This document shows, piece by piece, positions 46,920-47,395 of a stretch of 47,395 nucleotides of DNA. The position numbers were made by a program, and so were the translations under genes. Source of the DNA: an uncultured Candidatus Saccharibacteria bacterium (GTDB lineage: Bacteria > Patescibacteriota > Minisyncoccia > Phycocordibacterales > UBA918); assembly GCA_964626635.1 (NCBI GenBank), contig CAZVFY010000006.1, positions 1-47,395 on the forward strand, written 5' to 3'. The notes under the pieces are model-generated. The model had not been told where the DNA came from, ran no database searches, and saw nothing but the letters and a program-made list of their open reading frames with translations. How positions within the stretch are numbered: the first letter of the stretch is position 1; every line of letters starts with the position of its first letter.

Positions 46920-46948
46920 TTGACATATAGTCATTTATATGCTACTCT
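46920..46948 (+). promoter_or_regulatory. Sigma70-like promoter of ppdK
   Basis: TTGACA-17-TACTCT with TG extension. Confidence 0.6.
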
Positions 46949-47013
46949 ATGTTTAGAAAGTGGGTTCCTTGAAAACTCATGAATCAAACCAATCAAACAA
47001 ATAGGAGGGTTCG

Positions 47014-47395
47014 ATGCTCGCAGCATCTACTCAGGGTCGTTCGCGCACCGTGGCCAAGATGGGTCACAATGCGCGTCGACGGCTAATCGTCCCGACGTGG
47101 GGCGATCTTGGCACCACCTCCTACACGCTGGGAGGAAAGGGTCACGGGATCACTCGACTGGCGGCGCTCGGTTTGCCGACGCCGCCAGCGCTCGTGATCT
47201 CGACATCGCTCTGCCGAAGCTACCAGGAGACCGGTCAGTTCCCCAAGCGGTTCAACACCCAGCTTGAGCGCGAACTTAAAGCGCTCGAGCATAAGACCGG
47301 GAAACGCTTCGGCGACCCGGACAATCCGCTCCTCGTGTCGGTGCGTTCCGGGGCCATGATCTCCATGCCGGGGATGATGGAAACGGTGCTGAATG
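47014..47395 (+). CDS. ppdK: Pyruvate phosphate dikinase, N-terminal part (runs off the window)
   Basis: AGGAGG SD; LGGKG, GLPTPP, GKRFGDPDNPLLVSVRSGAMISMPGMMETVLN. Confidence 0.88.
   Translation, partial: MLAASTQGRSRTVAKMGHNARRRLIVPTWGDLGTTSYTLGGKGHGITRLAALGLPTPPALVISTSLCRSYQETGQFPKRFNTQLERELKALEHKTGKRFGDPDNPLLVSVRSGAMISMPGMMETVLN

Overview
Chromosomal segment most consistent with a Patescibacteria (CPR; Parcubacteria-like) genome, translation table 11. The placement is inferred from the lack of rpmD (L30) between rpsE and rplO, CPR-like protein sequences, and AT-rich, SD-less starts on core genes. The window holds a large modular surface protein that shares its C-terminus with an upstream paralog. 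It also holds a fragmented S10/spc ribosomal cluster (starting at rpsS and interrupted after rplE), secY, four nucleotide kinases, map, a probable 6S RNA, infC-rpmI-rplT, three different photolyase-family genes, a single-chain restriction-modification enzyme with in-frame palindromic inserts, a general-stress cluster, a two-component pair and the 5' part of ppdK. Two features are not explained by the gene list. (1) An ~0.9 kb, densely base-paired region with no credible ORF (~46015-46915) has a promoter-like start, a strong terminator and long-range/pseudoknot pairings; it is a candidate giant ornate ncRNA. (2) Just upstream, two AT-rich gene cassettes lie in tandem between three GTGGA-N18-RAACC sites with shared arms, suggesting integron-like cassette accretion with no recombinase in the window. 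All family calls come from reading motifs; no database searches were run.
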